A stretch of DNA of 64,000 nt from Macrostomum lignano (GCA_002269645.1 NIVC01000807.1:124001-188000); one strand, 5' to 3'; counted from the stretch's first letter, positions 1 to 13,397 are shown. Numbers and translations are program-made. The notes: generated by a model not told the origin, from the letters alone.

Positions 1-505
1 GATGCCAGTACATCAAGCGGAGATGCCGATTCATTAAGCGGAGGATGCCAGTACATCAAGCGGAGATGCCGATTCATTAAGCGGAGATGCCGATTCATTA
101 AGCGGAGATGCAAATTCATTAAGCGGAGGATGCCAGTACATCAAGCGGAGATGCCGATTCATTAAGCGGAGATGCCGATTCATTAAACGGAGATGCAGAT
201 TCAACAAGCAGAGAAACCGATTCAACAAACAGAGATACCGATTCAACAAGCAGAGAAACCGATTCAACAAACAGAGATACCGATTCAACAAGCAGAGAAA
301 CCGATTCAACAAACAGAGATACCGATTCAACAAACAGAGAAACCGATTCAACAAACAGAGATACCGATTCAACAAACAGAGAAACCGATTCAACAAGCAG
401 AGATACCGATTCAACAAACAGAGATACCGATTCAACAAACAGAGATACCGATTCAACAAACAGAGATACCGATTCAACAAGCAGAGATACGGATTTAATA
501 AGCAG
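1..505. repeat. 21-bp intronic minisatellite (GATGCCGATTCATTAAGCGGA drifting to GATACCGATTCAACAAACAGA)
   Basis: Tandem 21-bp units visible directly; lies in the CCP1 intron 3' of the donor at 554. Confidence 0.95.
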
Positions 506-554
506 AGAAGTCAATTAGCAACCTAAGTTTCTACTAAGAAGTTATCAAGCCAAC

Positions 555-3027
555 CTTCTAGCATCGTCAAGCATCAGCTCCATGGCGCATTCGCTTCGCC
601 GAGTGTCGCAAGGCTCCCGATGCGGCGGCGGACTGACGCTGACCAGCTCCGGGCCAGCCGTGATGGCGAACTCCGCTACCGACCGGACGGCGGCTGCAGC
701 TGGTGCAGGCGCTGCTGAAGTCGTCGCTGGCGATGGCTCCGGCCAGCCGCCGATGCTGCGGCTGCGAGCGAACGGTTGAGCAGCGGCCGGAGCCAGCAGA
801 GCCGACGTGGCCGACACAGACAGACGGCCGCCAATCTCAGTGGCCGACGCTGGCTCTGTCGGCTGTCCGAGGGCCAGCCCGTCCAGACTGGGCAGGCTTG
901 GCGACGGCGTCAGTGGCGCAGTCGACGCCGGACAGCAGGTGCAGCAGTCGGACAGCTCGGGCTCCAAGTGGCCGTAGGCGGCGCGAAGCTCCTCGGCTGA
1001 GCGCGGATCCGCGCCTCCGACAGCCGCATCGTCGGCAAATTCGTCAGACGGCTGCTGTTGCTTCTGAACGTCGGCATCGTCCGAACTGTCGTCCTCGTCG
1101 CTGTTGACAGCGGCAGCAGCAGCCCCGGCGGCGGCGTCTGCTGAATCGTCCGACGCAACTGCGACTGCGGCTGCGGCGGAGCTGGTGGAGCTGACCAGCA
1201 GTTGGAGCAGCGCCGGTGTGTAAGGCGACAGCAGGCTGGGCGCCGGCAGGCATGCGCGGGGCGCGCTCTGACGCAGAATTATACAGGCGCCAGCGTTGAG
1301 GAGCTCGCCAGCTGAGGAGGCCGGGCCGGCCAAGCAGTGGCGGTAGAGGCTGGCCGGCCCGCCGGCCGAATGGAATGCAGCCCGGCCAGCCTTGCTGGCA
1401 GTGACATTGCGCAGGGTGTGGACAATCGCTCGCAACAGATAAGTGCGTTGCTGTTGCTGCCGCTGACGTGCGCTGGCAGAAGCGGCCGCCGTTGTAACCA
1501 CAGAGGCATTCAGCAGCTCCACCAGCGTAGCCGCTGCGCCGCCAGTGATGGCGCGACTGGCATTGGCGCGCGCCCGGGTCAACTGGCTGAGCGCCTCCGC
1601 TGCGCGCCGCGCCGGACCGCCAGGCAGAGGCTGGCGCCGACCCGCGGCAGCTGCTGATGCGCCAGTGCTGGCGCCGCCAACACCGCGATGACTCTCGGAC
1701 AGCAGGCGAAGTAGCAGCTGGACGGCGCCGTGTCGGCCAAGGCTGGTCGAGCTCTGCCGGCTGAGGGCGTAGGCGCGCAACAGCCGCAGGAGGCTCTCGG
1801 CGCCCCGAGTGGACAGTCCGTGGCGCAGGAGGCTCAGTACCACCGGGGCGCACTGGCACAGCCTGGCTTTGGTGGCCAGCCGTTTGTCTTTGGGCGCCAG
1901 CTTGGCGAGAACCTGAGAGTTGAGTAGAGTAGACCAGCTTTTGTATATTTGTACTTATATGTGTTAGTCTATATGTTTGTCTATACAACTATTATACCTG
2001 GCATTTTCTTGATACTTTACTTACATAAAAAAATAGCAGACTATTGCGTGCATAAAATCAATCATAAAGAACTTTTATTTGATGCTCTACTAACAGTAGA
2101 AAGATTGGGGAAATACGACAACAATAAAAACAAAGAAAATTTGTTGAATTACTGCCCCAGGTAAAAATATTATATCTTAATTGGTCACAACATCTGAAGG
2201 CTGCGCCCGGCTGCTCAGTCCAGGGGGGGGCTTGCTCAAGGACACAAATTGTGCCAGTGGGATCGGGAATCGAACACCCGACCTTCAAGTCGTGAGTCCG
2301 ACGCTCTAACCACACCGGTTCGCTGACCGTGAGTCAATTTCAATTAAATATAATCTCAATCGTGGTGTTTAAGCCTGAGGAATCGCTTCTCTATTTGCAA
2401 TGCTCACCAGGTGCAACTGCAGCAGCAGAGCCTCATTGGGCGTAGGGGACCGCCACTCCGATGCAATCGCCTGGCACACAGCCTGAGTGCCGCCCAGTTT
2501 AACAAAGATTCGCGCACGTTGGCCACTCTTTGTCTGACCGAGCAGCTCCAGTATGCAACTGACGGTGGCCAGGTGCACCTCCCGGTCTGACACTGTCTGC
2601 AGGGTGAGTACCAGGCTCTGAGCATAGTTCGCCTTCCGTAGCAGTGAATCTCTGTGAAGTTTTTCTAAAATTTAGCGTCGAAAAGCAATACCTTTTAAAA
2701 AATTGCTCTTCCAAATTTCTACATCATCTGTTGGTCCATAGATTGGGGCATTAAATCACTGAGAGCATTCTAATAGACAGAAAAACAAATGATTATAATT
2801 TAACAAACCTCGAGCTTGCAGTGCCTGTTGCAGCTTGGACACTACTCCACGCACATGAGCAACTTCTTCAGCCTTTGTTTTGAACTGGGATGTTGTTTTG
2901 TGAAACTTGACTAGTGCATCAAAGTGTGTTGTGACTTTACCCCTAATATAGAATAGTTGGAAAAAGTATTTTATTGTTAAGTATTTATTCTAAATAAAAA
3001 GTACAAGGAAAAAACTCACAGGTCCAT
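555..3027 (-). CDS. AGTPBP1: Cytosolic carboxypeptidase 1 (Nna1/CCP1), N-terminal ARM-like half; gene continues off the left edge
   Basis: Phase-consistent exons 3020-3027 (ATG GAC CT; or 3020-3040 as a micro-exon), 2809-2942, 2408-2664, 555-1912, all with GT/AG sites. The spliced protein contains ARIFVKLGGTQ, LHLVLAKLAPKDKRLATKAR, LGRHGAVQLL and LRNVTASKAGRAAF, which match CCP1/AGBL1 N-terminal motifs as I recall them (ILAKIGPKDKKFGVKAR, LGKNGVVELM, VTNIKLGRKAF). The catalytic domain is not in the window. Confidence 0.85.
2165..2330 (-). mobile_element. tRNA-derived SINE with CORE-like segment
   Basis: Minus strand reads GGTCAGCGAACCGGTGTGGTTAGAGCGTCGGACTCACGACTTGAAGGTCGGGTGTTCGATTCCCG (degenerate A box, B box), then GTGTCCTTGAGCAAG, resembling the CORE-SINE motif. 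Confidence 0.7.
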
Positions 3028-5136
3028 GGTGAATAGCTTGCTGTTTTTTTAAATCTTTTGCCTATATTTCAAGCTGCAACTAAAGGTTTTCATGAATTCT
3101 TTTATTTAATGAATTAAACATAGCATTAGAAAAACTTTCAAGGTAAAACTCAAATCAAACTTTTGATTCTAAAAAACAATAGTGCTATATTCAGATTGTA
3201 TGTCTAAAAATTGTAATTTGTTGCAATATTCAACTTTGCCAGCACACTTCTATATATTTAAATCATATACTAACTTTGGATATCATGGGATATTATTAAT
3301 TTAGACTCATTTCTCTTATAATACACTATCTACATTTTATATATAGCAGTATGCATACCGAAATATTACTTTGAATTCCATAAATAAAAAGGCATAAAAT
3401 TGTAATTTAAAATGAGAATATTACTTTTATTTACTTTAATCTCCAGTTTACTCTTGCAATTCGACTTACAAGAAGCAACAGATTATGACCTGTAGGGAAA
3501 TAACCTATGGCCCTATTTTTTGTTTTATGTCCTAGCACATAAAGTACTAGAAAGAATTTTTTCGAAAACTAAGCCAAAATAAAACGTCAAAAATTCATAA
3601 AACCAGCTATCTCTCTCTCAGGGTGAAAAATTCTAAAAGATGCTATTAAATATCATAAAATTTTGATAGTCTATCGGTTAAATTTAAACTAAAACTAACA
3701 AGATGATAAATAAAAATTGAAACCACCACGATAACTAACTCATTAACAGACTTGAGGGTTAACTCCTAACTAACTGTACGCCAACTTCGAAGAAATAGCG
3801 TGCAACCAATCCATCTTGAATCCGACACCAACAACTCAGGCACGCTCATTCAAAAACCATTAAAACAAATGTGATAATGCGGTACATTACCTGAAATTTG
3901 CATTAAGGACTGACAATGTAGAAATACAAAAGCATTTTTGTAGCACTAAAATCAGGCTCTGTATTCCCAACATATTTTGTGCTCCTTCTATTTCTGTATT
4001 TGGAGTTAGTCCACGAATTCGAAAGACGTAATCATAGGGCCTTTTCATATTGCTTGCTCTGGTTCCAGAACCAGAACCAATTTGTGAAGTATAACTTTTT
4101 GTCTCCATAACTAGAGGGAAATACGTGCTATAAAGTTTTTATTATTGAATGACAATCGCCAAGAAGAAAGTGAAAAATTGTGCTAAGTTAAGTTGTTAAG
4201 GCAGTCAAATATTAACAGAGTTTAATAGTTATACTGCTGTTTTTCTTGGAATTCCGAACCGATTCTGGTTCTGGAATTGGTAATATGAAAAGCCCCATAG
4301 TCATATACATGTATGTCTTTCGAATGTCATGTGATATGCATGTAGGATTTTGGAAAGGGTGGGTATAACTCCGATTCGGATTTGATAGTAAATAGATTGA
4401 AGTTTAAAAAATAGATTGCTGTTCAAATTTTGCACTATGGCAGCTATTTTGCTCCGCGGACCCGAACACGCGGTGCGCGCTCTATATGGGGTTGCTCGAT
4501 CATTTGCGACAAACATTACTTCAATTGTCCACTATTGTAACGAATGAAGTAATCTGAGTAAAGTGGCTTAAACATAATGTACCATGGAAATATCTAATAT
4601 TATACAGTGTTTCTTCGAAACCTATACTCCCTTAAAAATTGATTCATCATGATGCACTTGAAAGGCCAAAAACTACATGTACAGGTATACATGTATGTTT
4701 CTGTAAATACGATTATGTTGAAAGTAAATATATTAGTAAGTATAGCTTGCATGTACATTCACGTTTGGGATATGTGAATTGTGAATCTATACGTGCGAAG
4801 GCACATCCATGGCTATCATGATGTTATATCATGTGTTTCAAAAGTTCATGCTTTCTTATAGAAAAAAATCTAATTCAGTTTTACATGTAAAAAGTTAATA
4901 ACACCTATACATGTATTGGATAGGACTTATAATTCTTTCTTCCGGTCTATATAAATGTATTTAATTATTTGCTTAAACACTTTCAATCCGCTTCACCAAG
5001 ACAGCTATAGCGATAGGATTTCGCGAATAAACAAGTCGAGAAAACTCGAGTAAAATGTAGGTGCAAGATTTTCTAGGTTCCAATTATAAAAGTGCAGCAA
5101 CTGTCCAATAAGAATTACTACTACCCAGCGGACCAA

Positions 5137-5493
5137 TCAATCAGAGGTTCTCAAGAAGAAGCAGACGGCACAGCAGCAGCCGTCAGCATTGAGGCCGCAG
5201 GCTTCGTAGCACTGCATGGCAGTGGATCGGCAACGAAACACGCAGACACGGTACAGACCTCGCTTGGCCCGCGACATCTGGTGATGGTGCAGATGCGCCT
5301 CCGTAGCGTTGGCAACAATTCGCCGCATCAGGCGCGGGTTGGCCAGCACCTTGGCCGTCTCCTCGTCCTCGAGTTCCAGCGGCAGCACCGTCCGGGTGGC
5401 GGTGGGACCGTCGGAGAGCTGCTGCTGCTGGCTAACGCCGATCAGGCAGGCGGCAGCAGCGCCCAGAAGGAAGAGCAGGCAGAGAGACTTCAT
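5137..5493 (-). CDS. Secreted cysteine-rich prepropeptide (signal peptide, acidic pro-region, RAKR site, 40-aa 8-Cys mature peptide)
   Basis: 118-aa intronless ORF, GC-rich within AT-rich flanks; hydrophobic N-terminus MKSLCLLFLLGAAAACLIG; furin-type RAKR; C-terminal GLYRVCVFRCRSTAMQCYEACGLNADGCCCAVCFFLRTSD. Confidence 0.85.
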   Translation of the reverse strand: MKSLCLLFLLGAAAACLIGVSQQQQLSDGPTATRTVLPLELEDEETAKVLANPRLMRRIVANATEAHLHHHQMSRAKRGLYRVCVFRCRSTAMQCYEACGLNADGCCCAVCFFLRTSD

Positions 5494-6647
5494 GTCAGGT
5501 TTGAGAGCTCAAATTAAGCTTTTCAAGTATAGTTAAATAGAGAAAGAATTAAATCTTCGGATGAAGATTCTTGGAAAAGCTGCAACATGCTTCAAATATA
5601 TAGACAAATTGAGCATGCATGCGGATGTCAACACTTATAGCGGTTTGGATCGTGAAATAATAACAGGCCAAATATGGAAATCGGAAACAAAGTTAATTTA
5701 CACCATGTACACGCGTGCCAGATGTTGTCAGCTTGTTCAAGAATTGAATAAACAAACTTTGTTGTTGATCCGCCATAAAGCCTTCATGGGCGACCAAAAT
5801 TAACAGTCAAGACTGTCAATAATATAGTATCAAAATAGCGCGACTCATATAGTTGTTAAAGGAGATTCTACTTGGAATTATGTAGTATAAATACTTTACA
5901 CACTCGCATGCACGGGCTTAAATTTCTTATTGCGTTGAATATGAATCAATTCTACACGTGGAACACGGATTTTCAAATATTAGAAAATTACAATAAATGG
6001 CTAATTGCAACTCAAGAATTCCAAAATCGTCTTCCTAATAATAGGTACAAAAGCTATTAATAAATGCATCGAAAACATTTTACTCCCGAATGTGATGACT
6101 CTAAAAGACAGAGTCGAACATCCAGTATTCTCTTGATGAACAATTCATACATGCTTAACAATCTCTTTTTGAGAATACTGTTTTGTACTAGCTTTCTCGG
6201 AGGGTACAAACAAAAAAACCTTTTTGTCTTAATTCGTTATTGCTCGTAAATTACTTTTATTCGTATAGTAAAATTCATGGAAGTCGTTACGTTTTGTTAC
6301 GTTTTTTTCCGCAACGTCCGCGAGGGTCTGCGGAGTCGCCGTGGGTGGCCATTCGTTCTATGACGGCAGTGCCTGCAGTCCTAGAGGCCCTTCATTTACC
6401 ACAATGCCGCTAATTTAAAGCACCCTCGCTTTGCTGGGTTGCTAAGGAAGGCGCCACATTCACGTCCACATCCCGATGATTTCCTTGACCTTACGAGTAT
6501 TTTCTCAACCGTTGAAGGCGCTCAGCAACTCAGTAAATAAGCTAGTCGAGAAATACATGTTTATAAGTACGTACGAGTACATGCAAATAGATAGTTGCGT
6601 GTAAATATATGTACAGGTAGTAAGCACATTTGACTGCCAGCAAGTTC

Positions 6648-6703
<56 letters not shown>

Positions 6704-6831
6704 TGATAAATAGATAGATAGATAGATAGATTGATTGATTGATAGATAGATAGATAGATTGATAAATAGATAGATAGATTGATAGATTAATAGATAGACA
6801 GATAGATAGATAGACAGATAGATAGATAGAT

Positions 6832-6878
<47 letters not shown>

Positions 6879-6966
6879 TGATAAATAGATAGATAGATTG
6901 ATAGATTAATAGATAGACAGATAGATAGATAGACAGATAGATAGATAGACAGATAGATAGATAGAT

Positions 6967-7025
<59 letters not shown>

Positions 7026-7057
7026 GATAGATAGATAGATAGATAGATAGATAAATG

Positions 7058-7134
<77 letters not shown>

Positions 7135-7139
7135 CAGAC

Positions 7140-7198
<59 letters not shown>

Positions 7199-7203
7199 CA
7201 GAC

Positions 7204-7275
<72 letters not shown>

Positions 7276-7375
7276 TGATTGATTGATAGATAGATAGATA
7301 GATTGATAAATAGATAGATAGATTGATAGATTAATAGATAGACAGATAGATAGATAGACAGATAGATAGATAGAT

Positions 7376-7422
<47 letters not shown>

Positions 7423-7550
7423 TGATAAATAGATAGATAGATAGATAGATTGATTGATTGATAGATAGATAGATAGATTGATAAATAGATAGATAGATTG
7501 ATAGATTAATAGATAGACAGATAGATAGATAGACAGATAGATAGATAGAT

Positions 7551-7597
<47 letters not shown>

Positions 7598-7685
7598 TGA
7601 TAAATAGATAGATAGATTGATAGATTAATAGATAGACAGATAGATAGATAGACAGATAGATAGATAGACAGATAGATAGATAGAT

Positions 7686-7744
<59 letters not shown>

Positions 7745-7776
7745 GATAGATAGATAGATAGATAGATAGATAAATG

Positions 7777-7857
<81 letters not shown>

Positions 7858-7862
7858 CAGAC

Positions 7863-7921
<59 letters not shown>

Positions 7922-7926
7922 CAGAC

Positions 7927-8005
<79 letters not shown>

Positions 8006-8066
8006 CAGATAGATAGATAGACAGATAGATAGATAGATAAATAGATAAATAGATAGATAGATAATC
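6648..8066. repeat. (GATA)n microsatellite with internal 719-bp duplication
   Basis: GATA/GACA/GATT array; variant landmarks recur at exactly +719 (6787/7506, 6906/7625, 7051/7770). Confidence 0.97.
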
Positions 8067-8679
8067 CATATACTAAAATTAAATTTTAAATCTTTAGTAC
8101 CATAAGCCAAAACTGGTTAATCAATACGACACTGTAAAAGTCATAAGCATTTATTGCCCAGGTAATTCTAAAAAATGGTTCAATTAATTTAGACCGAAAG
8201 TTAAGCTCGGACAGGATTGTTCTGCTTTGAATAATTTGGACGCAAGAAAAAATATTTGCCAGTTTGCCAGTAATGTATTTCACAAATCCAATACGATTCA
8301 AGTCTGCACAAATACAACTACAACTACTAGAGATAAATATTGGTAAGTAGTGTGGCATGCAAATTCTCTACATATTTATGATAAGAAAAACGGATTTACA
8401 CAGCGGATTACACAGAGCAGATGTAGAAGTCTTTAATTTACTCCTAGTCCTTAAGAATCAGTTTTTTTGGCTCTGTTGAAGAAAAAAAATTAGGGGTCAT
8501 TTCAAGTCGACTCTAATTAGAAATGATCACAACAGTGAAAACAAGAGCAAAATAACCTACTCAATGAAAATTCACCTACTCATTTTAGTAGCCAAATAAG
8601 CATTTTTCTGTAATTTTTAATTAAAAAGACCAGAAAGCGACACTGGCCACAAATTTCCTGCTCATTACTTTGGAAACGT

Positions 8680-10798
8680 CTAATCCCCCCGTTTCTGCCG
8701 GACCACAGCAGCCAGATAATACTCGCCAGCTTTGTAAGACGATCGAACCAGGGGACCGGAGGCCACGTACAGAAATCCCATAGCTTTGCCGCGCTCTTCC
8801 CAGCTTTTGAATGCCTCGGGTGTGACGTAATCTCGCACCTTCAGGTGCCGCTTAGTTGGCTGAACGTACTGGCCCAGGGTGAGCGCCTCAACGCCCACGC
8901 TGCGCAGGTCCTCCATCGCCTTGAGAATCTCATCGTCTGTCTCTCCGAGCCCGAGCATCAGGCTGCTCTTGGTCACCACGTCCGGTCGGCAACGTTTCGC
9001 GTGGCTCAGCGCGTCCAACGATTGGCGATAAGTGGCTTTGGGATCGCGGACAAGGCGCTGCAGCGATTCAACTGTCTCCAGGTTGTGGGCCAGCACCTGG
9101 GAGTGTGTTGAGTGAATATCAGAGCAATAGTATACCCTACCATATGCAACTGTTTGCTTTTCAAGAGGGGGTGATGCAAGCAGCCTATTCTGCTGTGTAC
9201 TAACCGCGCAAAACGCTGCTTAACTTCTTACTGAAACAAACCAGTAGCCCCATTTAGTTAAAAAAATAACGTTAAATCTTCCACACTATAACTATAACTA
9301 AATTTGAATCGGTGGGACTACTTTTACTACTTATAGTAGCCTATGACAGATAGTGAGAAAAAAATTGCAAGACGGCTTGTGGGCACCCTGGCGCAATACC
9401 TTTCTGCGACATCGCCCAGCAACCAGCGCATAGACGGCAATTCTGCAAATTCCGCTGACTCCTGAGCACATGCAAGCCGCGCCAATACTGTACACAGGCA
9501 CGCACTCACACAGGGTGTACACCGGCTCTGACTTTGAAATCGTCAGGCAAGTACATTTTCTGTGCCTTTGGGGGTTGGCCTTTGTGAATCACACGACAAC
9601 CTCCAAGTGAATTTTCGTGCTCTATCTTAACTTTGCCTACTATTATGTAATAGGCGAGGTGATGAAGAACACAGCTAATAGGAGGCGAAGTAGCCTAGCA
9701 AATAAGCGGCAAACTCGTCCGAATCTCGTGCCAGGAGCCTTGGATCGATATGGGGCTACCCTTTGCCCCAGTGAGCAGTGTCTTCCGACCAGCGTCCATC
9801 ACCTGGCCGAGTCGCAAAAATGCCCACCAAAAACAGACTGAGTACTAATTAGATGACGAGGCATTTAGCGTTAATAAAACATTAAATTATAGTTACTCCT
9901 GCCGTTTACCCAAAATTGCGTTAATTTTGAGGATATTTTTTACAGGTAAGTCGCACGGCCCAGTGCAAATCAGGGGGTTGCGCATGTATGAATCCATCAA
10001 ATCTCCGCCCTCCGCTCTTCCCTATCCCTCCTCAACCAGCCCAACTCTGCAAGGTGCGTCACACAAAAGTCAATACGTATACGTGCTCAGGTGCCAGCGT
10101 TATTAATGGGAATTAATAATAATCTATTAATAAATTAATGAATGATTCACCTGCGGTCCGCTTAAAACCACCGTCTCCATGCAGTCTGGCCGGCCGCGGA
10201 AATCCGGCACCAGGCATTCGACTAGCATGTCTGGCCTTAGGCGCAGAATCTCGGACACGGTGGCGCCAATGTGTCCGGCGCCGCCGTCAGCTAAGTCGTC
10301 CCGATCAACGGAGGTCAGCACAACGTAGTGACCGGACCAGCCGGCCACAGCCTTGGCGGTGTTGGCAGGCTCCATCGGATCCAGCGGCGGCGGCTTTAGG
10401 CTGGTCTTGACCGAGCAGAACCGACAGGCCCTGGTGCAAGTGTCGCCCATCAGCATGATGGTGGCCGTGGCCGCCTCGCCGCTCCAGCATTCGCCAATAT
10501 TCGGACAGCGGGCCTCCTCGCACACTGTATGCAGCTTCAACTGACGGAGGCTGCGTTGCATCTTGGCGAACTGTCCGCCAGCCGGGATCTCCCGCTTAAG
10601 CCAGTCTGGCAGTCGTAGCCGCGCCGGAGGCCGCTGCGCATTGGGCAGGAAATCCTCCAGGCCCGGCCCGCCGGCCACGCGGTTCTTCTGCGCCTGGCTG
10701 AGGCTGCACAGACTGGCGCGGCGGCTGCGCAGGATGATTGTTGCTGGGCAGCGGATCGCGTCCACTGCTAGAATGCGTTGCTGATTGACTAGAGCCAT
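8680..10798 (-). CDS. LIAS: Lipoyl synthase, mitochondrial (radical SAM)
   Basis: Exons 10151-10798 (ATG GCT CTA) and 8680-9096, phase-0 GT-AG intron; motifs [12 protein letters not shown] (CX4CX5C), CTRACRFC (CX3CX2C), [28 protein letters not shown]; Arg-rich presequence-like N-terminus. Confidence 0.97.
9370..9615 (-). mobile_element. 5'-truncated copy of SINE family A (see 54149-54510) in the LIAS intron
   Basis: Shares body and 3' end (ATTGCGCCAGGGTGCCCACAAGCC) with the full copy. Confidence 0.8.
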
Positions 10799-13397
10799 AA
10801 GGGATAGAGTACACAATTGAAATGCTTACACAGTCAGGAGTCAGCTGTTTTCCCATATCTGTATACAATGCCTATATATCTGGATTATATAAAATTGTAG
10901 TGTTTTTCTCAATGTTTTAAATTTATTTTTTAGTGTTAGGCCTAAGAACTTTTTCAAATATTGATACTTTTTAACTTAATCCATAGTTGTAGCTTACTGA
11001 CTTTAATTTATTTCTATTGTTCTAAACCCTTTCCATGCATTAAATCAAGGGCTTCAATGATCTTTAAAGTATTTTTAAGTCTTAGTTTTGTGTCATCAAT
11101 ATTAATAGATATAGGAGCTTGGTATGGGAAATATGCATTCATATAACCATATCATATATCCATGTACATTTTATCTAATCTATCTTAAACTGCCTATAAT
11201 TTTCTATAGTCATATATATAGCTATGACAGATTTTTTCAATATCTTATAAACTATTACAAGGCTATTAGCCTTTAGACCAGCTATATTGACATAAAAGAA
11301 ATTAAATCAATAAATAACAAGACTGATAATTGCAAGAATAAATATATCTAACAAGAAAATATTTTTAAAGAATATAATTTTTGGTCAATCCAGCCATTGT
11401 AAATTACAGTAGACCAGGGGACCAAGGATGACAAGGCATTTAACCATAAAGACTATTATAGTTACTTTTGCCATTTACCCAAAATTGCAATAATTTTACT
11501 TTAGGGTTTCCTTCATAGGTAAGTCACATTTTCTTGGGCATATAAAATTAAAATTTGGGCATGTATTGGCCTTGCATGCCAAAAGTAGACAGGCACAATT
11601 GGTATGCATCATTCCTAAGAAAATAGTGTGCATGCATACCTGGCATATACTTCATAGAATCACATGGAAGAGTTATTGTAAAATAGAAAAAAAGATAAAA
11701 AGGTTCATTTTCTAAGTGTAAATTTCAAGTTTTCTAGGTTTTTAAAGCTTGTAATAAAGCATTTAAACAAATCTTTGCATATATCGTTTTTTGCATTATG
11801 AAAAGTAACATTATCAATGATTTTCTCATTGACATTAGGAAATTGACATTGATTACATGACTACAATTAACATTGAAAAAGTATAGAAATTAACCAAATG
11901 ATTTGCCAAAAAAGGTCAATTACACAATTCAAAAAGGTCATTTATTGTCACAACAAAAAGGTCCATTATTGTTGCAACATTGTCTTAGTTTTGAAAATGG
12001 GCATGCACTCAATTTTTTGTGTGCATTTATATTTTTATGAAATTTTTTGAATTTTTTTATTGAAAGTTTGGGTAGGTGTACACCCAGCATGATCTGAACT
12101 ATGATATTATATGCCTAAAAATAATATCCAAAAAACTTTCAATCTTAAAAAATAAATATTGTATTATATAAAACTAGGCTTAAAATAAATTAAAATATGT
12201 AGCCTAGGCTAAGTAGATAAGCTTAATTTGCTAAATAATAGCTTATATTTTCATACTATTATTTAAATACTACCATAGCCATAGGCATAGGCCCTAGCTA
12301 AGTACTGCACTAGATGCCCCCTTATTTGAACTTAACATGCTAGGCCTAGCCATCTAGACTACACTTGCACCACTAAGACCTAAGGGCCAATGCCAATATA
12401 TACCAGTACCAGATGCTTCCCATGATAATAGCCATTAGCATTGGTTGCAATAGGGGCCTAGTGGGCATAGGTATTATATAGATGTTTATATTAATGACAT
12501 TTTAATTATATAAAAGATAAAATAGTATTAAAGGCCCAGCAATGTTAAAGATCCTAGCCTAGTCACAAATCATAATGCCATCCCAGTGGTTAGAAAAATT
12601 GGGGCGTACCCTCTAGGCCGGCGCCCCGGCGGCCCTCAAGGGTACGCCCCATCCCGCAAGATAAAAGTTTGTAGGTTTTCTTCTTTGTACGTATGAAATA
12701 TTTTTGTGAGGAAATTATGTAAAGAGCAGAATTTTTAAAGTTGATTTTTTTAGTTTCGGGTGTTTTTGTGCTCGAACCTGACAGTACGCCTTTCAGTACG
12801 TGCAGTGGACAGTGGGGCGAACTATTGATATCCTTATTAATTATTTTCTTGTATAATGAGCTCATTATTTATTTGCATTGACCAATCCTCATACTACAGC
12901 TAACTTGAACTTTTAACCCTTTGAGCAGCCATCTCTTTGAAAAATTGCTGCAAGCTCCAAAGTGGGGTATAGGCGACTCGTGCAAATTTTTCTGAGTTTC
13001 ATACACTTCAGAAATTGGATGTGAACGCAAAAGTGTGCGTTTTAGCCTACCTACTTATAAGTAATACCTTTTGATCTTCGAAATCAACGCAACAAAAAAT
13101 ATATTTTTTAATACTCCACTACTTAAGCACTAGCGCATGTACAATGTTGCTTGTATTCTTAAGTTTTCATTTAGATGAGTCCGATTTGGTGGTCAATTCA
13201 GGATTTTTAAAGTAGTGGGGGCAGATTTGCCCAAATTTTTGTTTTGGTCTAAAAAGCCAAAGTAAGCTCAAAATTTACCCCCCTTATATGCAAGTCCAGC
13301 CATGGCAAAGGGGGCGGCCGCCGGGTCTACTACATCTACGAGTACATTTGACCGCCACAATTTGATCGCCGTTCTATTCAAGGTGAAATAGGGCGGC

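Noticed and set aside
34-514. Repetitive ORFs on both strands
   Set aside because: Products of the 21-bp intronic minisatellite; no splice or codon support.
6420-6500. HDV/CPEB3-like ribozyme (TTCACGTC loop)
   Set aside because: The flanking P3 and P1 strands do not pair.
7506-8110. (IYLS)n ORFs
   Set aside because: GATA microsatellite read-through.
10799-10816. LIAS start at 10816
   Set aside because: That is a TTG called by the ORF finder; the first ATG is at 10798.
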